IMG/VR virus record: IMGVR_UViG_3300026382_000018
Span: 1 to 58,829 of that record
DNA length: 58,829 nucleotides
Origin: a virus
Taxonomy: Duplodnaviria > Caudoviricetes
Strand: one strand, 5' to 3'
A program made the position numbers and the translations under genes. Below the pieces are notes generated by a model. That model had not been told where the DNA came from and searched no databases. It worked only from the letters and a program-made list of their open reading frames with translations. The number at the start of each line of letters is the position of its first letter. Position 1 is the stretch's first letter. Shown here in pieces: positions 17,660-26,623 of this stretch.

Positions 17660-19291
17660 ATGGAAGGTTATGTAAATCCTTATTTTCAAATTATTGAAAG
17701 TTATATAAAAGATGTAGATGAAATTTCAAGAAATAACGCAAACTTTGTAAAATCCTTAGCAACATTAGAAACATCAATAGTTGGAGCAGTATCTAAGGAC
17801 TACTTATTTGATGTAATTTATGAAGGTCTTCCAGTTAGACCTTTACATGACTATGGCTGGATATATCATCATCAAACATTTAAACTTTCTCCATATTGTA
17901 TAGGTTTATCTGCAAAAAGTATAGCATTTTATGGATTAAGAAGTAATGCTAAAAATGATAAGGTTGCTAAGTCACCAAAAAGATTAGATACATTGTTTAT
18001 GCAGTGTGCTAATCTGATATGCTTGGTATCTCAGGAAGTATCAGGTGCTACATCTTTAAACGACATATCAGTAGTAGCAGCTGGCTATTTGTATGTTGAA
18101 GAGGAAATTAACAAAACTAAGAAATATACCGATTATGAATTGAAGAATATCTGGCAGAATTTCCTTTACAACATTAACTTACCATTTAGAGCAGGTAATA
18201 GTCCTTTCTCAAACATTACGTTAGACTTTGGAAAACCTCCTTACAATCTGAAAGATGAACCAGTTATTTTTGCAGGAAAACCTTTAGACTTCACATATAA
18301 GGATATACCATCTGAATTTTATGACAGAATCAATAAAGCATTTATAGATGCAATGGATGAAGGAGATGGATTAGGAAATCCATTTACATTTCCTCTTATC
18401 ACTGTCAATGTAGATGAAGAATTTGATTATGACAATCCGGTTTGGAAATACTTCTTGCAAAAAGTACAAAAGTTCGGAGGATTTTACATTCAAAACTACT
18501 ATCAAAAACCGTTCATTGATACTCCTTATAAAGAGAAGAATCCGTATATTAAACCATTAGATAAAGGGACTATTTATAGTAACTGTTGCCGGATGATGTT
18601 TTCTACTTCTCTTATAAACGCTTTGGGAATATCAGATAATCAAACTTCTAAGAATGGAATTGAAGAAACTCTTGACTCCACTAAAGTTGGCTCACATGTT
18701 TTTGGTGCAATGTCAGGAGTAGGAGGAATAGGAGTAATCAATATAAATTTAGCAAGACTCATTTGGCTATCTGGTGGAAGTACTAGAGACTTATTTAAAG
18801 CTTTAGATTATTTATTCGAAGTAGCACAAAAAGCATTGCAAAGAAAAAGAGAGTGGATTAGAAAACATTACACAGATCTTTACCCATATCTTTCTTTCTA
18901 TCAACCATCTGATAAAACACTTTACAACATCTTCTCAGTAGTGGGAGTACATGAAGGTTTACAAGCATATTACAAAGGTGGAATTTACAATCCAAAAGGA
19001 AGAGAAATTGCTCATAAAATAGCACAATGGATTGCTAAGAAAATTGAGCACATGATGAATAGAGACAAAGTACTTTGCAATTTAGAATATGCGCCATCGG
19101 AAAATGCTGCACCTAGAATGGCAAAGTATGATTTAATTTTTGCAAATGAGTTAGCAAGAGCTATTGAAAAAGGAGAAGATCCTATTACTAAACTTTCTGA
19201 TACATTTCTCAAAGATGATTTTATTAGAGAATGGACAAAACAAATGTTAAATAAACATAGCGAAAAACTATTTAAAAGAATAGGAGGTTAA
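17660..19291 (+). CDS. nrdD: class III ribonucleotide reductase, N-terminal subunit (split gene, no ATP cone)
   Basis: HDYGWIYHH, PYC, SGATS, PFSNIT, FTFPLIT, SNCCR, VININLAR, GVHE, EYAPSE. Confidence 0.9.
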   Translation: MEGYVNPYFQIIESYIKDVDEISRNNANFVKSLATLETSIVGAVSKDYLFDVIYEGLPVRPLHDYGWIYHHQTFKLSPYCIGLSAKSIAFYGLRSNAKNDKVAKSPKRLDTLFMQCANLICLVSQEVSGATSLNDISVVAAGYLYVEEEINKTKKYTDYELKNIWQNFLYNINLPFRAGNSPFSNITLDFGKPPYNLKDEPVIFAGKPLDFTYKDIPSEFYDRINKAFIDAMDEGDGLGNPFTFPLITVNVDEEFDYDNPVWKYFLQKVQKFGGFYIQNYYQKPFIDTPYKEKNPYIKPLDKGTIYSNCCRMMFSTSLINALGISDNQTSKNGIEETLDSTKVGSHVFGAMSGVGGIGVININLARLIWLSGGSTRDLFKALDYLFEVAQKALQRKREWIRKHYTDLYPYLSFYQPSDKTLYNIFSVVGVHEGLQAYYKGGIYNPKGREIAHKIAQWIAKKIEHMMNRDKVLCNLEYAPSENAAPRMAKYDLIFANELARAIEKGEDPITKLSDTFLKDDFIREWTKQMLNKHSEKLFKRIGG

Positions 19292-19293
19292 AA

Positions 19294-19803
19294 ATGGAAA
19301 GACTTGTTCCAACTTATCGACCATCTGGAAACATTAAAAGTATGAAAGTTTATTTGTCATCTGGATTTCAACCACCAAATGATTATGATGACTTGTTAGA
19401 TGCATTAGATGTTACTGCTGAATTTCAATCATACGCTTCTGGTGGTGCTATTTTGCATGTATGGCTTTCAGAAGAGTTAAATAATGAAGAGCTTGAAAAA
19501 TTTATAAGAAGTATTGCCGAAAATTTGCCAGTTGTTTACTTTACTGTTACTCCATATCTTACAGTTTGTAATCAATGTGGTTATAAACAGGTTGGTAGAA
19601 TTCATAAATGTCCCAAATGCGGAAGTAATGATGTAACTCAATATTCTAGACCTATTGGATATTTCAGACCTGTAGAAAGACAATATGATTCTGATGAAAA
19701 TGCTTGTTATAAATTTTGGCTTGATGCAAAAATTGAAGAATATAAAAATAGACTTGATGTGACAAAAGAAATGATAGATGAGGTAATAAATAATTTTGGG
19801 TAG
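19294..19803 (+). CDS. nrdD: class III ribonucleotide reductase, C-terminal subunit carrying Zn site and glycyl radical
   Basis: SGGAILH, YFTVTP, CNQC...CPKC, YSRPIGYFRPV; own GGAGGT RBS. Confidence 0.9.
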   Translation: MERLVPTYRPSGNIKSMKVYLSSGFQPPNDYDDLLDALDVTAEFQSYASGGAILHVWLSEELNNEELEKFIRSIAENLPVVYFTVTPYLTVCNQCGYKQVGRIHKCPKCGSNDVTQYSRPIGYFRPVERQYDSDENACYKFWLDAKIEEYKNRLDVTKEMIDEVINNFG

Positions 19804-19830
19804 TGAGTAAGTCCTCACTACCCATATTTT
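19797..19830 (+). terminator. stem-loop / probable intrinsic terminator after nrdD
   Basis: TGGGTAGTGAG-taagtc-CTCACTACCCA followed by TATTTT. Confidence 0.65.
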
Positions 19831-19845
19831 GATGCGAGGAAAACA

Positions 19846-20367
19846 ATGGGAAGAAATAAATCGAAAAATAAAGGAAAAGCATTTGAGGAAAGAGTAGCTA
19901 AGATTTTTAGAGAGTGTTGGAATCTTTCAAAACATGAATGTCATAGAGCTCTTTCTTCAGGAACTTATCAAGTTGATTATTCAGATATAGTTTTTTCACC
20001 AGAAACAATAAAAAGACCTCATTTAGTTGTAGAGTGTAAAAAGAGAGCTCATCTTCCAGCAAATCAACTTTTATCATTTCCTAATGAACTTAAAGTTTGG
20101 ATAAATCAACTTGAAGAGTCGGTTCAAAAATATTTTAGTCATTTTCAAGTTTATCCACTTCCGTTAATTGTATTTGCAATTAACAATATGAAACCACTTG
20201 TAATAGTTGATAAAAGAGAACTTGAAAGAGTAAAAAACGAGCCAAGACTTAATTTAACTTTAGCAAAGTCAATAACTGAATTAGATTTTTACATCGTAAA
20301 TAAGAATTTTGTAGCTACTTGGCTTGAAGATTTTCTCAAGAGTTGTTTAATTCCAATTGAAATTTAA
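19846..20367 (+). CDS. Holliday junction resolvase (Hjc-like PD-(D/E)xK nuclease)
   Basis: KGKAFEERVA...R..SSG...SDIV...VECK. Confidence 0.82.
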   Translation: MGRNKSKNKGKAFEERVAKIFRECWNLSKHECHRALSSGTYQVDYSDIVFSPETIKRPHLVVECKKRAHLPANQLLSFPNELKVWINQLEESVQKYFSHFQVYPLPLIVFAINNMKPLVIVDKRELERVKNEPRLNLTLAKSITELDFYIVNKNFVATWLEDFLKSCLIPIEI

Positions 20368-20385
20368 ATTTTGTGCAATTATATT
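20357..20385 (+). promoter_or_regulatory. sigma70-type promoter for the candidate sRNA / packaging operon leader
   Basis: TTGAAA-17 bp-TATATT; same -10 hexamer as the other two sigma70 promoters. Confidence 0.7.
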
Positions 20386-20391
20386 AATTTA

Positions 20392-20492
20392 AAAGACCTA
20401 AGTTAAATAGGGAAAGTATATAAGTAGTCCATCTTACCCTCCTCACTCTCCTCCAAATTCGAGGCGGGAAATAACTCCCGCCTCACCATTTT
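20392..20492 (+). ncRNA. candidate trans-acting antisense sRNA against RBS/start codons of replication genes
   Basis: Own promoter; 20424-20454 tiled by exact matches to 14170-14188, 2310-2324 and 5436-5448; 3' 9-bp GC hairpin 20461-20484 followed by ACCATTTT. Confidence 0.65.
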
Positions 20493-20510
20493 AGCTTAAA
20501 AGAGGATGAT

Positions 20511-20984
20511 ATGAGTAAAATTAAAACAGTATCGGAACTTGATAGGAAGCTAAAAGAGTTTAGAGATTACTTAGAAGGTTTTAAAAAATCCTATTCTATA
20601 GATCCAGATTTAGACTCACTTAAGCTAGAAGTTGCTTCATTTACTCGTTTGATGCTTAAAAAATACATGTCAAGACTTATTAAGCTTGGAGAACGCTTAG
20701 AACAACTTGAAGATGAGCTCTTATCTAACCAAGAGCTTGGTGATTTTATAGAAAAAGTTGAGTTTTATAATTCATTAATTCAATCATACAATATGATTTT
20801 TAATAACCTCAAATCACTTGTTCCAGTTTTGAAAGAGCTTTCAAAATTATCTAATTCAGTTGAGCTTAGAGTTGTAAATACTGAGGAAGATAGTTCAATA
20901 CTTGAAGAACTTGAACTTAATAAAGAGACAAGGGAAACACTAAAGCAGATTTTAGACTCAGTGATGCAATATGTTGAGGTTTAA
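20511..20984 (+). CDS. probable terminase small subunit
   Basis: Helical 157-aa ORF directly upstream of TerL (positional call). Confidence 0.5.
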   Translation: MSKIKTVSELDRKLKEFRDYLEGFKKSYSIDPDLDSLKLEVASFTRLMLKKYMSRLIKLGERLEQLEDELLSNQELGDFIEKVEFYNSLIQSYNMIFNNLKSLVPVLKELSKLSNSVELRVVNTEEDSSILEELELNKETRETLKQILDSVMQYVEV

Positions 20985-20987
20985 GAT

Positions 20988-22856
20988 GTGTTAGACTTAT
21001 TTAAAGAAAAGCTCAAAACTCTTCCAGAAAAAGAGAAACAAGTATTAAAAAAGCTAATTGAAAAGTTCCAAAGTGATCCAAAAGTTTTGTTTCAAATATA
21101 TGCAGAACTTGAAGGTTATAAAGAAGTACCTGTTGATATAATAACATTTATCGAGCATCCAAAATATTTAGGAGCTAATCTTAAAGGTAGAATATATCCA
21201 GTATGGCGTAAAGCGTTAAGACAAGTATTTCCAAATCCTTTTTATTCACCTTATTATGAAGTAATACTTAAAGGTGCAATTGGTATTGGAAAAACTACTA
21301 TTGCAAGAATTATTGTTTTGTATGATTTATATAGACTTTTGCTTCTCGAAAATCCTCACAAAAAATTTAACTTGATTCCAACTGATAGGATAGTAATAGC
21401 TCTTTTTAACGCGACTCTTGGACTTGCTGATCAGGTTTTATATGAACCATTTAAGAATTTGATAGCAAACTCAGAATTTTTTCAAGAACATCTTGATCCA
21501 GAAAATAAGAAAACTTCAGAAATCAGATTTGTTAATAACATTGGTATCGTTGCTGGTTCTCGTTTTACTCACACACTTGGTATGGCAGTATTTGGTGGTT
21601 TACTTGATGAAGCTAATTTTGATGTAATATCAAATCAAGCTCAGGAAAGTTATAATGCTCTTTTGAGACGTATGGAGTCAAGATTTGCTCAAGCTGGCGG
21701 TAAGCTTCCTGGACATCTTTGTTTAGTTTCATCTGAGAAGTCTCCAACTGATTTTGTTTCTCAGCACGCAGAGAAAGTAAAGAATAAAAAAGGAGTAATA
21801 GTTTTTCAATATCCGATATGGGAAGTTAAGAAACATCTTGGTATATATTCAGGTAAGACTTTTAAAGTTTTTATTGGAGACGAAACGACAGATCCATTCA
21901 TTATAGAAGATGAATCACAACTTAAGTATATAGACGAATCAAGAGTAATAGAAGTTCCAATAGAGTTAAAAGATAAATTTGAACTTGATCTTCATAATGC
22001 AATAAGGGATTTAGCAGGGTATGCTGTAGGTTCAACATTTAGACTCTTTAAGTCTAAAAACATTCTTATAAAGCAAGCAGTAGTAACAAATCCAGTAAAA
22101 CAAGAAATAGTTCGTTTATCATTTAACGATAAATCAGATGTTCTTATCAACTATTTTAATGTTGATTATCTCAGAAATCCACTTCATAAGACCTCACCAA
22201 GAGTAATGCATATTGACCTTTCTATAACAGGTGATAGAACAGGTATAGCGTGTGGATACATAAAAGGATATAAGGAAGTAAAAAGAGTTGATCCAATAAC
22301 TCTTGAAACTCATGTATTTTCAGAACCAGAAATTGTTATTGATTTTGTAGTTTATTTAGAACCTCTTCCAGGTGAAAGAATTCCGTTTTATAAAATAAGA
22401 CAGTTTATACTTGACTTATCTAAACTTAATTATCCACTTGTAATGATAACTACTGATGGTTTTCAATCTGAAGATATGAGACAACAACTTACTCAAATGG
22501 GATATAAAACTGCTTTGCTTTCAGTTGACAAAACTAAAGATCCATATCTCTCATTTAGAGATGCAATATACGAAGAAAGAGTATGGATACCAAAACATAA
22601 TCTTCTTATAAAAGAGCTTTTATATGTAGAAGATGTTGGAAAGAAAATCGATCATCCTCACGAGTTTCCAGACGGAACGAAAGGAAGTAAAGATGGTGCA
22701 GATGCAGTAGTTGGTGTGTATTGGAACTTAATGACTAATAAGGATCTTATTAAGCAATTAGCATTCTATAAAATTCATAATGTTGAGTCAAAGGAAGAAG
22801 AAAAAGAAAGAACTTTAGCAAAGCTTTTCTGGGGACATTCTGAGTACGATTTATAG
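20988..22856 (+). CDS. terL: terminase large subunit
   Basis: Walker A GAIGIGKT, Walker B LLDEA, coupling motif VSS, nuclease HIDLS...DGFQS...IDHP...SKDGADA. Confidence 0.93.
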   Translation: MLDLFKEKLKTLPEKEKQVLKKLIEKFQSDPKVLFQIYAELEGYKEVPVDIITFIEHPKYLGANLKGRIYPVWRKALRQVFPNPFYSPYYEVILKGAIGIGKTTIARIIVLYDLYRLLLLENPHKKFNLIPTDRIVIALFNATLGLADQVLYEPFKNLIANSEFFQEHLDPENKKTSEIRFVNNIGIVAGSRFTHTLGMAVFGGLLDEANFDVISNQAQESYNALLRRMESRFAQAGGKLPGHLCLVSSEKSPTDFVSQHAEKVKNKKGVIVFQYPIWEVKKHLGIYSGKTFKVFIGDETTDPFIIEDESQLKYIDESRVIEVPIELKDKFELDLHNAIRDLAGYAVGSTFRLFKSKNILIKQAVVTNPVKQEIVRLSFNDKSDVLINYFNVDYLRNPLHKTSPRVMHIDLSITGDRTGIACGYIKGYKEVKRVDPITLETHVFSEPEIVIDFVVYLEPLPGERIPFYKIRQFILDLSKLNYPLVMITTDGFQSEDMRQQLTQMGYKTALLSVDKTKDPYLSFRDAIYEERVWIPKHNLLIKELLYVEDVGKKIDHPHEFPDGTKGSKDGADAVVGVYWNLMTNKDLIKQLAFYKIHNVESKEEEKERTLAKLFWGHSEYDL

Positions 22857-22866
22857 GAAGGTTCTA

Positions 22867-24330
22867 GTGATGAGTTTAATAGGAAAAATCCTTTCTGGTT
22901 TAGGGATAAACATTTTTCAAAATCAAGTTTTACATCAACCTGAAGAAGCTAAAACTTTAAAAGTTAAAAATGACTTTAATTTCAGAGAATTAAACGAGCT
23001 TTTATCAACTTATTTTCAGATAAATAGAAATTACACTCAGTATTACAAAGAAATTTCAAGGATAAAAGAAATATATATTGCAGAAATAATTTTAGAGCAG
23101 TTAGCTTTTGATGTTTTAACTCCTGACATTTCCTCACAAAACATTATTGAAATTGTTCCTAATATAGATAACAAAGAGCTTAAAGATGCGTTAAAAGAAT
23201 TTGAAGAAATTCATAATATAGATCAGCTTGTTTCTGATATCATACAAGACCTCATAGCGTTTGGAAGTTATCCTTTACGTTTAGTTATTGAAGAAGGAAA
23301 AGGGATAGTTGAGATAATAGATGATTTAGAACCTTATGAAGTTATTCCTTTTTATAGAAATCAAGAGCTTGAGTTTTATTTAAGACTTGATGAATACGGA
23401 AATCCAGAAATACATTCTCCTCATGAATTTGTAGTGTTTTTAATTGATGCAAAGAGAATTAAACTAAAACTTGACAAGCGTTATCTATATTACATAGAAC
23501 AAAAGAAAGGAAAACAATTTCCACGTTACATAAAAGTTGGCTCTCCTCTCTTTTCTCCAGGAGTTATCAAAAAGATAAAAGAACTTGATTTATTAGAAAA
23601 GCTTATTCCAGCTTCAAAGATAAATACTTTGTCAAAAGGTAATGTAGTTGGAGTGTATGTTCCTCCTTCTATGTCTCCTGAGGAAGCTTTAGAATTTGCT
23701 AAAAAGATTGAAAGAAAACTTAATGCACTTGGAATAGGAATAAATAAAGACTTAGACCAGCTTTCTATAACTGATATTCTAAAAGGTGCAGGTCGTATTA
23801 AAGTAATTCCTGTTACAAATGAAAAAGGACAGGTTGTTAAAATAGATTATAAACCTGAAGAGCCATCTGATTTACTTGATGTAATTCAAAACCTCAGAGA
23901 AGTTATTTTGACATCTATAGGTATTCCTCCGGAACTTATTTTTAATACAGGAAATTCAACGAAAGGGGAAATTCTTAAAAGATACTCAAGATATCTGAGA
24001 AAGTTAAAATATATTCAAAAGGCGATAGTAAATGGTTTAAAAGAGCTTGTTTTAATTCATCTTGTTAATAAAGGTTTATCAGTAACTCCTAAAGATTTTT
24101 CAGTTAGATTTACTAATACACTTGTTAATGTTGATGATTTAGATAAGCTTGAGTTTCAACAAGCTACTACTCAAATACTTACAGATATAAAACGTTTTGT
24201 AGATGAGCTAAAACAAGACGAGGAACTTTCTCAATATGTTAATAACGAAGGTTTTGTTGAATACCTAAATAATGAGCTTACAAAAGTAAATTTAGATAAA
24301 CTTATTCAACTTCCAGGAGAGGAAAAATGA
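22867..24330 (+). CDS. portal protein
   Basis: 487 aa after TerL; ILTSIGIPPELIF and RYSRYLRKLKYIQ resemble gp20-like wing/stem motifs. Confidence 0.8.
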   Translation: MMSLIGKILSGLGINIFQNQVLHQPEEAKTLKVKNDFNFRELNELLSTYFQINRNYTQYYKEISRIKEIYIAEIILEQLAFDVLTPDISSQNIIEIVPNIDNKELKDALKEFEEIHNIDQLVSDIIQDLIAFGSYPLRLVIEEGKGIVEIIDDLEPYEVIPFYRNQELEFYLRLDEYGNPEIHSPHEFVVFLIDAKRIKLKLDKRYLYYIEQKKGKQFPRYIKVGSPLFSPGVIKKIKELDLLEKLIPASKINTLSKGNVVGVYVPPSMSPEEALEFAKKIERKLNALGIGINKDLDQLSITDILKGAGRIKVIPVTNEKGQVVKIDYKPEEPSDLLDVIQNLREVILTSIGIPPELIFNTGNSTKGEILKRYSRYLRKLKYIQKAIVNGLKELVLIHLVNKGLSVTPKDFSVRFTNTLVNVDDLDKLEFQQATTQILTDIKRFVDELKQDEELSQYVNNEGFVEYLNNELTKVNLDKLIQLPGEEK

Positions 24331-24935
24331 AACTTGTAGAAAAGCTTAAACGCAAACTTGAAGAGTTTAATGCTCTCACAATTGCACCAATTGGAACACT
24401 AGGTATTGTTGATTTAGATACTGAAATTGAATATGACCTAGATGAACTTGAAGATAGATTTAGAGAAATACTTGATTATTTAGGTTTCAAAAATATAGAT
24501 GTAAAAATTTTATCTTTTGATGATATGACAGGTGATTTACTTGTTAGGTTTATTAATCCAGAAAATAAAGAAGAAGTTGATGTTCTTTTTACAGTAGCAA
24601 ACAATGAGATAGTCGCAGCTGTAGTTAGTGAAGACGACGAACCAATAGAAGTGAATTTAACTAATCTTGATATTCCTTTAGCACAATATTTTGTTCAAAT
24701 AGGTATCGACTGGGATGAACCTTTAACTTGGCTTAAAAAATCAGTTGTTTATGCTTTTCTTGAAGCAGGAAAACTTTTAAACGAAGTTCATGTTCCGATT
24801 TTTGGGAAAAGAAAAGCTAAACTTCCTCTTGTTAAGAAAGGATTACATCCTGTAGTAAAACATAATCTTAAGAGACTTAAAAATAGAGATTGTAAAAGAA
24901 AAGGGAAAGTAAAAGTTAAAAAAGTTAGAAATTAA
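24327..24935 (+). CDS. putative head/internal protein with shared N-terminal leader
   Basis: MKLVEKLKRKLEE leader; acidic core, basic C-terminus. Confidence 0.6.
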   Translation: MKLVEKLKRKLEEFNALTIAPIGTLGIVDLDTEIEYDLDELEDRFREILDYLGFKNIDVKILSFDDMTGDLLVRFINPENKEEVDVLFTVANNEIVAAVVSEDDEPIEVNLTNLDIPLAQYFVQIGIDWDEPLTWLKKSVVYAFLEAGKLLNEVHVPIFGKRKAKLPLVKKGLHPVVKHNLKRLKNRDCKRKGKVKVKKVRN

Positions 24936-24945
24936 TTTCTGATGT

Positions 24946-25022
24946 GCCGACGTAGCTCAGTTGGCTAGAGCGGGTGATTTGTAATCACCTGGTCGGAGGT
25001 TCGAGTCCTCCCGTCGGCACCA
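24946..25022 (+). tRNA. tRNA-Thr(UGU)
   Basis: Acceptor stem GCCGACG/CGTCGGC + A-CCA, anticodon arm GGTGA-TTTGTAA-TCACC, T-loop GTTCGAGTC. Confidence 0.96.
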
Positions 25023-25049
25023 TTTTTGATTACATTTGAGGAGGAAATG

Positions 25050-25307
25050 ATGTCAAAAGTTATAAAACCTAAAACTAACGATAGAAAGATTTTCGTTCAA
25101 ATCAAAAACGAAATCAAAGTTTTCCCTCTTCCAGCTACAAATGAGATACTTAAACTTAAATCAGTTCAATACTTTTTAAATCAAGGTATTCTTGAAATTG
25201 TTGACGATGAAAAATCTAAAAGTGAAACCAGAAAATCAAATCATAAGAAATTTAAATCGAAAAAAGAGCGTACCGAGAAGAAGAAGGAAAATAAACCCAA
25301 AGCGTAG
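25050..25307 (+). CDS. small basic hypothetical protein
   Basis: GAGGAGG RBS before ATG 25047/25050; Lys-rich tail. Confidence 0.65.
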   Translation: MSKVIKPKTNDRKIFVQIKNEIKVFPLPATNEILKLKSVQYFLNQGILEIVDDEKSKSETRKSNHKKFKSKKERTEKKKENKPKA

Positions 25308-25317
25308 GTAAGATGTC

Positions 25318-25914
25318 ATGACTTTAGAGGAGTTATTTGATTTAGTTTTAAATAGAACAGGTGAATTTCTTCTTGGTCCGACTAATGTAGAGTTAGATAT
25401 AAGCAAGTTTGAAACGATAGTCAAAAACGCTCTTAAAGTTTATTCAAAATACAAACCAAAAAGAGAAAAACTTCAAATCACACTAGAAAACTATAAATAC
25501 ACTTTTAAAGACAAAGTTCCAAAGTATATTACTGATGTTAATCCAACTTTTACTCCAGTATATAATCCATTATTAGTTATAGCATCAAGAACTGAGTCAG
25601 AAACTTTTTATGTTGAATGGGAATATAGAAAACCAACTTTATATACAAATTTCAATGGTTCAGCTGAAGTTGAAGCGTTATTCGATTATGGAGTTTTAAT
25701 TGATGAAAAAGGAAATAAATATATTGAAGTTGAAGAAGAGTTATTTGTCGATTTAGTCACAGCAGAATTTATGATAGGACTTGCAAGAAGTAGAAGAGCT
25801 TTTACTCTTGATGAATTACCAGTTAGCACTGATGCTGAAATTCTTGTTTCAGAAGCGTTGAAAATGCGTGAAGATGTATTGGAGCAACTTCAGAAAAGTT
25901 CTATTTTGCTTTGA
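25318..25914 (+). CDS. probable neck / head-tail adaptor (gp13-like)
   Basis: NVELD...ALKVYSKYKP and LARSRRAF...DAEILVSEA pattern; position. Confidence 0.55.
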   Translation: MTLEELFDLVLNRTGEFLLGPTNVELDISKFETIVKNALKVYSKYKPKREKLQITLENYKYTFKDKVPKYITDVNPTFTPVYNPLLVIASRTESETFYVEWEYRKPTLYTNFNGSAEVEALFDYGVLIDEKGNKYIEVEEELFVDLVTAEFMIGLARSRRAFTLDELPVSTDAEILVSEALKMREDVLEQLQKSSILL

Positions 25915-25925
25915 AGGTTTAAGCA

Positions 25926-26579
25926 ATGAGGTTGGTAGATGAGATGAATGAGCTTTTAAGCAAGTTAAATGAACTTAATAATACACTCGAACCGAAATTC
26001 CCTAAAAAGTTATTTGGTCGTCCTGTTAAGGATTTAGATACTGTAAAATACGAACCTACTCACCAGAGACGTAAGGGAAAATTAACATTAAAGCAACTAT
26101 ATTTAAACTTTCCTTATGCAGTTTTTAAGTATGATCCCATTCCTCCTCAACCTGTTAAAATACTTAAGTATAAAGTATCTGAAGATTTGCTTTCTTTAGA
26201 TGTTTGGGGTGAAGTTAAAAGTGCAACTCGTCCAGGAGTAACTCATAGATGTATTATTCAGCTTCATAGACCTGACCCTGATATTAGATGGCATTGGGAT
26301 TTACCTTGTGAAGTGTGGTGTAGCTGTGAAGCGTTTCATTATTTTTTAGCTTTTGCTCTTTATACAAGAGGTAATTTAGCAAGAATTTCAAGTCCTTGGA
26401 ATAAAGTTCCTGCAAAAATCAGAAATCCATTTAATGTTCCGGCACTTGATAAACATTTAGTTCTTTTAACAAATAAACTTATAAAGATGGGTCTTATCAA
26501 AGGAAGAGTTCTTTGGTATAGCAAAAAATATAGATATGGTGGAAAACATCCTAGACACACTTATTATAGCAAAAGGTGA
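25926..26579 (+). CDS. SWIM-like zinc-finger protein with shared N-terminal leader
   Basis: VWCSCEAF...RNP...LDKHL (CxC...[C>D]xH). Confidence 0.6.
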   Translation: MRLVDEMNELLSKLNELNNTLEPKFPKKLFGRPVKDLDTVKYEPTHQRRKGKLTLKQLYLNFPYAVFKYDPIPPQPVKILKYKVSEDLLSLDVWGEVKSATRPGVTHRCIIQLHRPDPDIRWHWDLPCEVWCSCEAFHYFLAFALYTRGNLARISSPWNKVPAKIRNPFNVPALDKHLVLLTNKLIKMGLIKGRVLWYSKKYRYGGKHPRHTYYSKR

Positions 26580-26623
26580 CTCTAGTTATAGATAGTAGAT
26601 ATTTTGTTTCAAGGTGAATTCAG

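Noticed and set aside
19200-19350. Group I intron, split intein or frameshift joining the nrdD halves
   Set aside because: Only 2 bp separate the ORFs; no Hint motifs or intron-sized insert; the downstream gene has its own strong SD
20403-20432. Minus-strand micro-ORF MDYLYTFPI behind a strong SD
   Set aside because: Only 9 codons with no evident minus-strand promoter, while the plus strand has a promoter and hairpin; kept only as the alternative to the sRNA model
24946-25022. tRNA as prophage attachment site
   Set aside because: Phage head genes continue on both sides; no integrase or duplicated tRNA 3' end in the window
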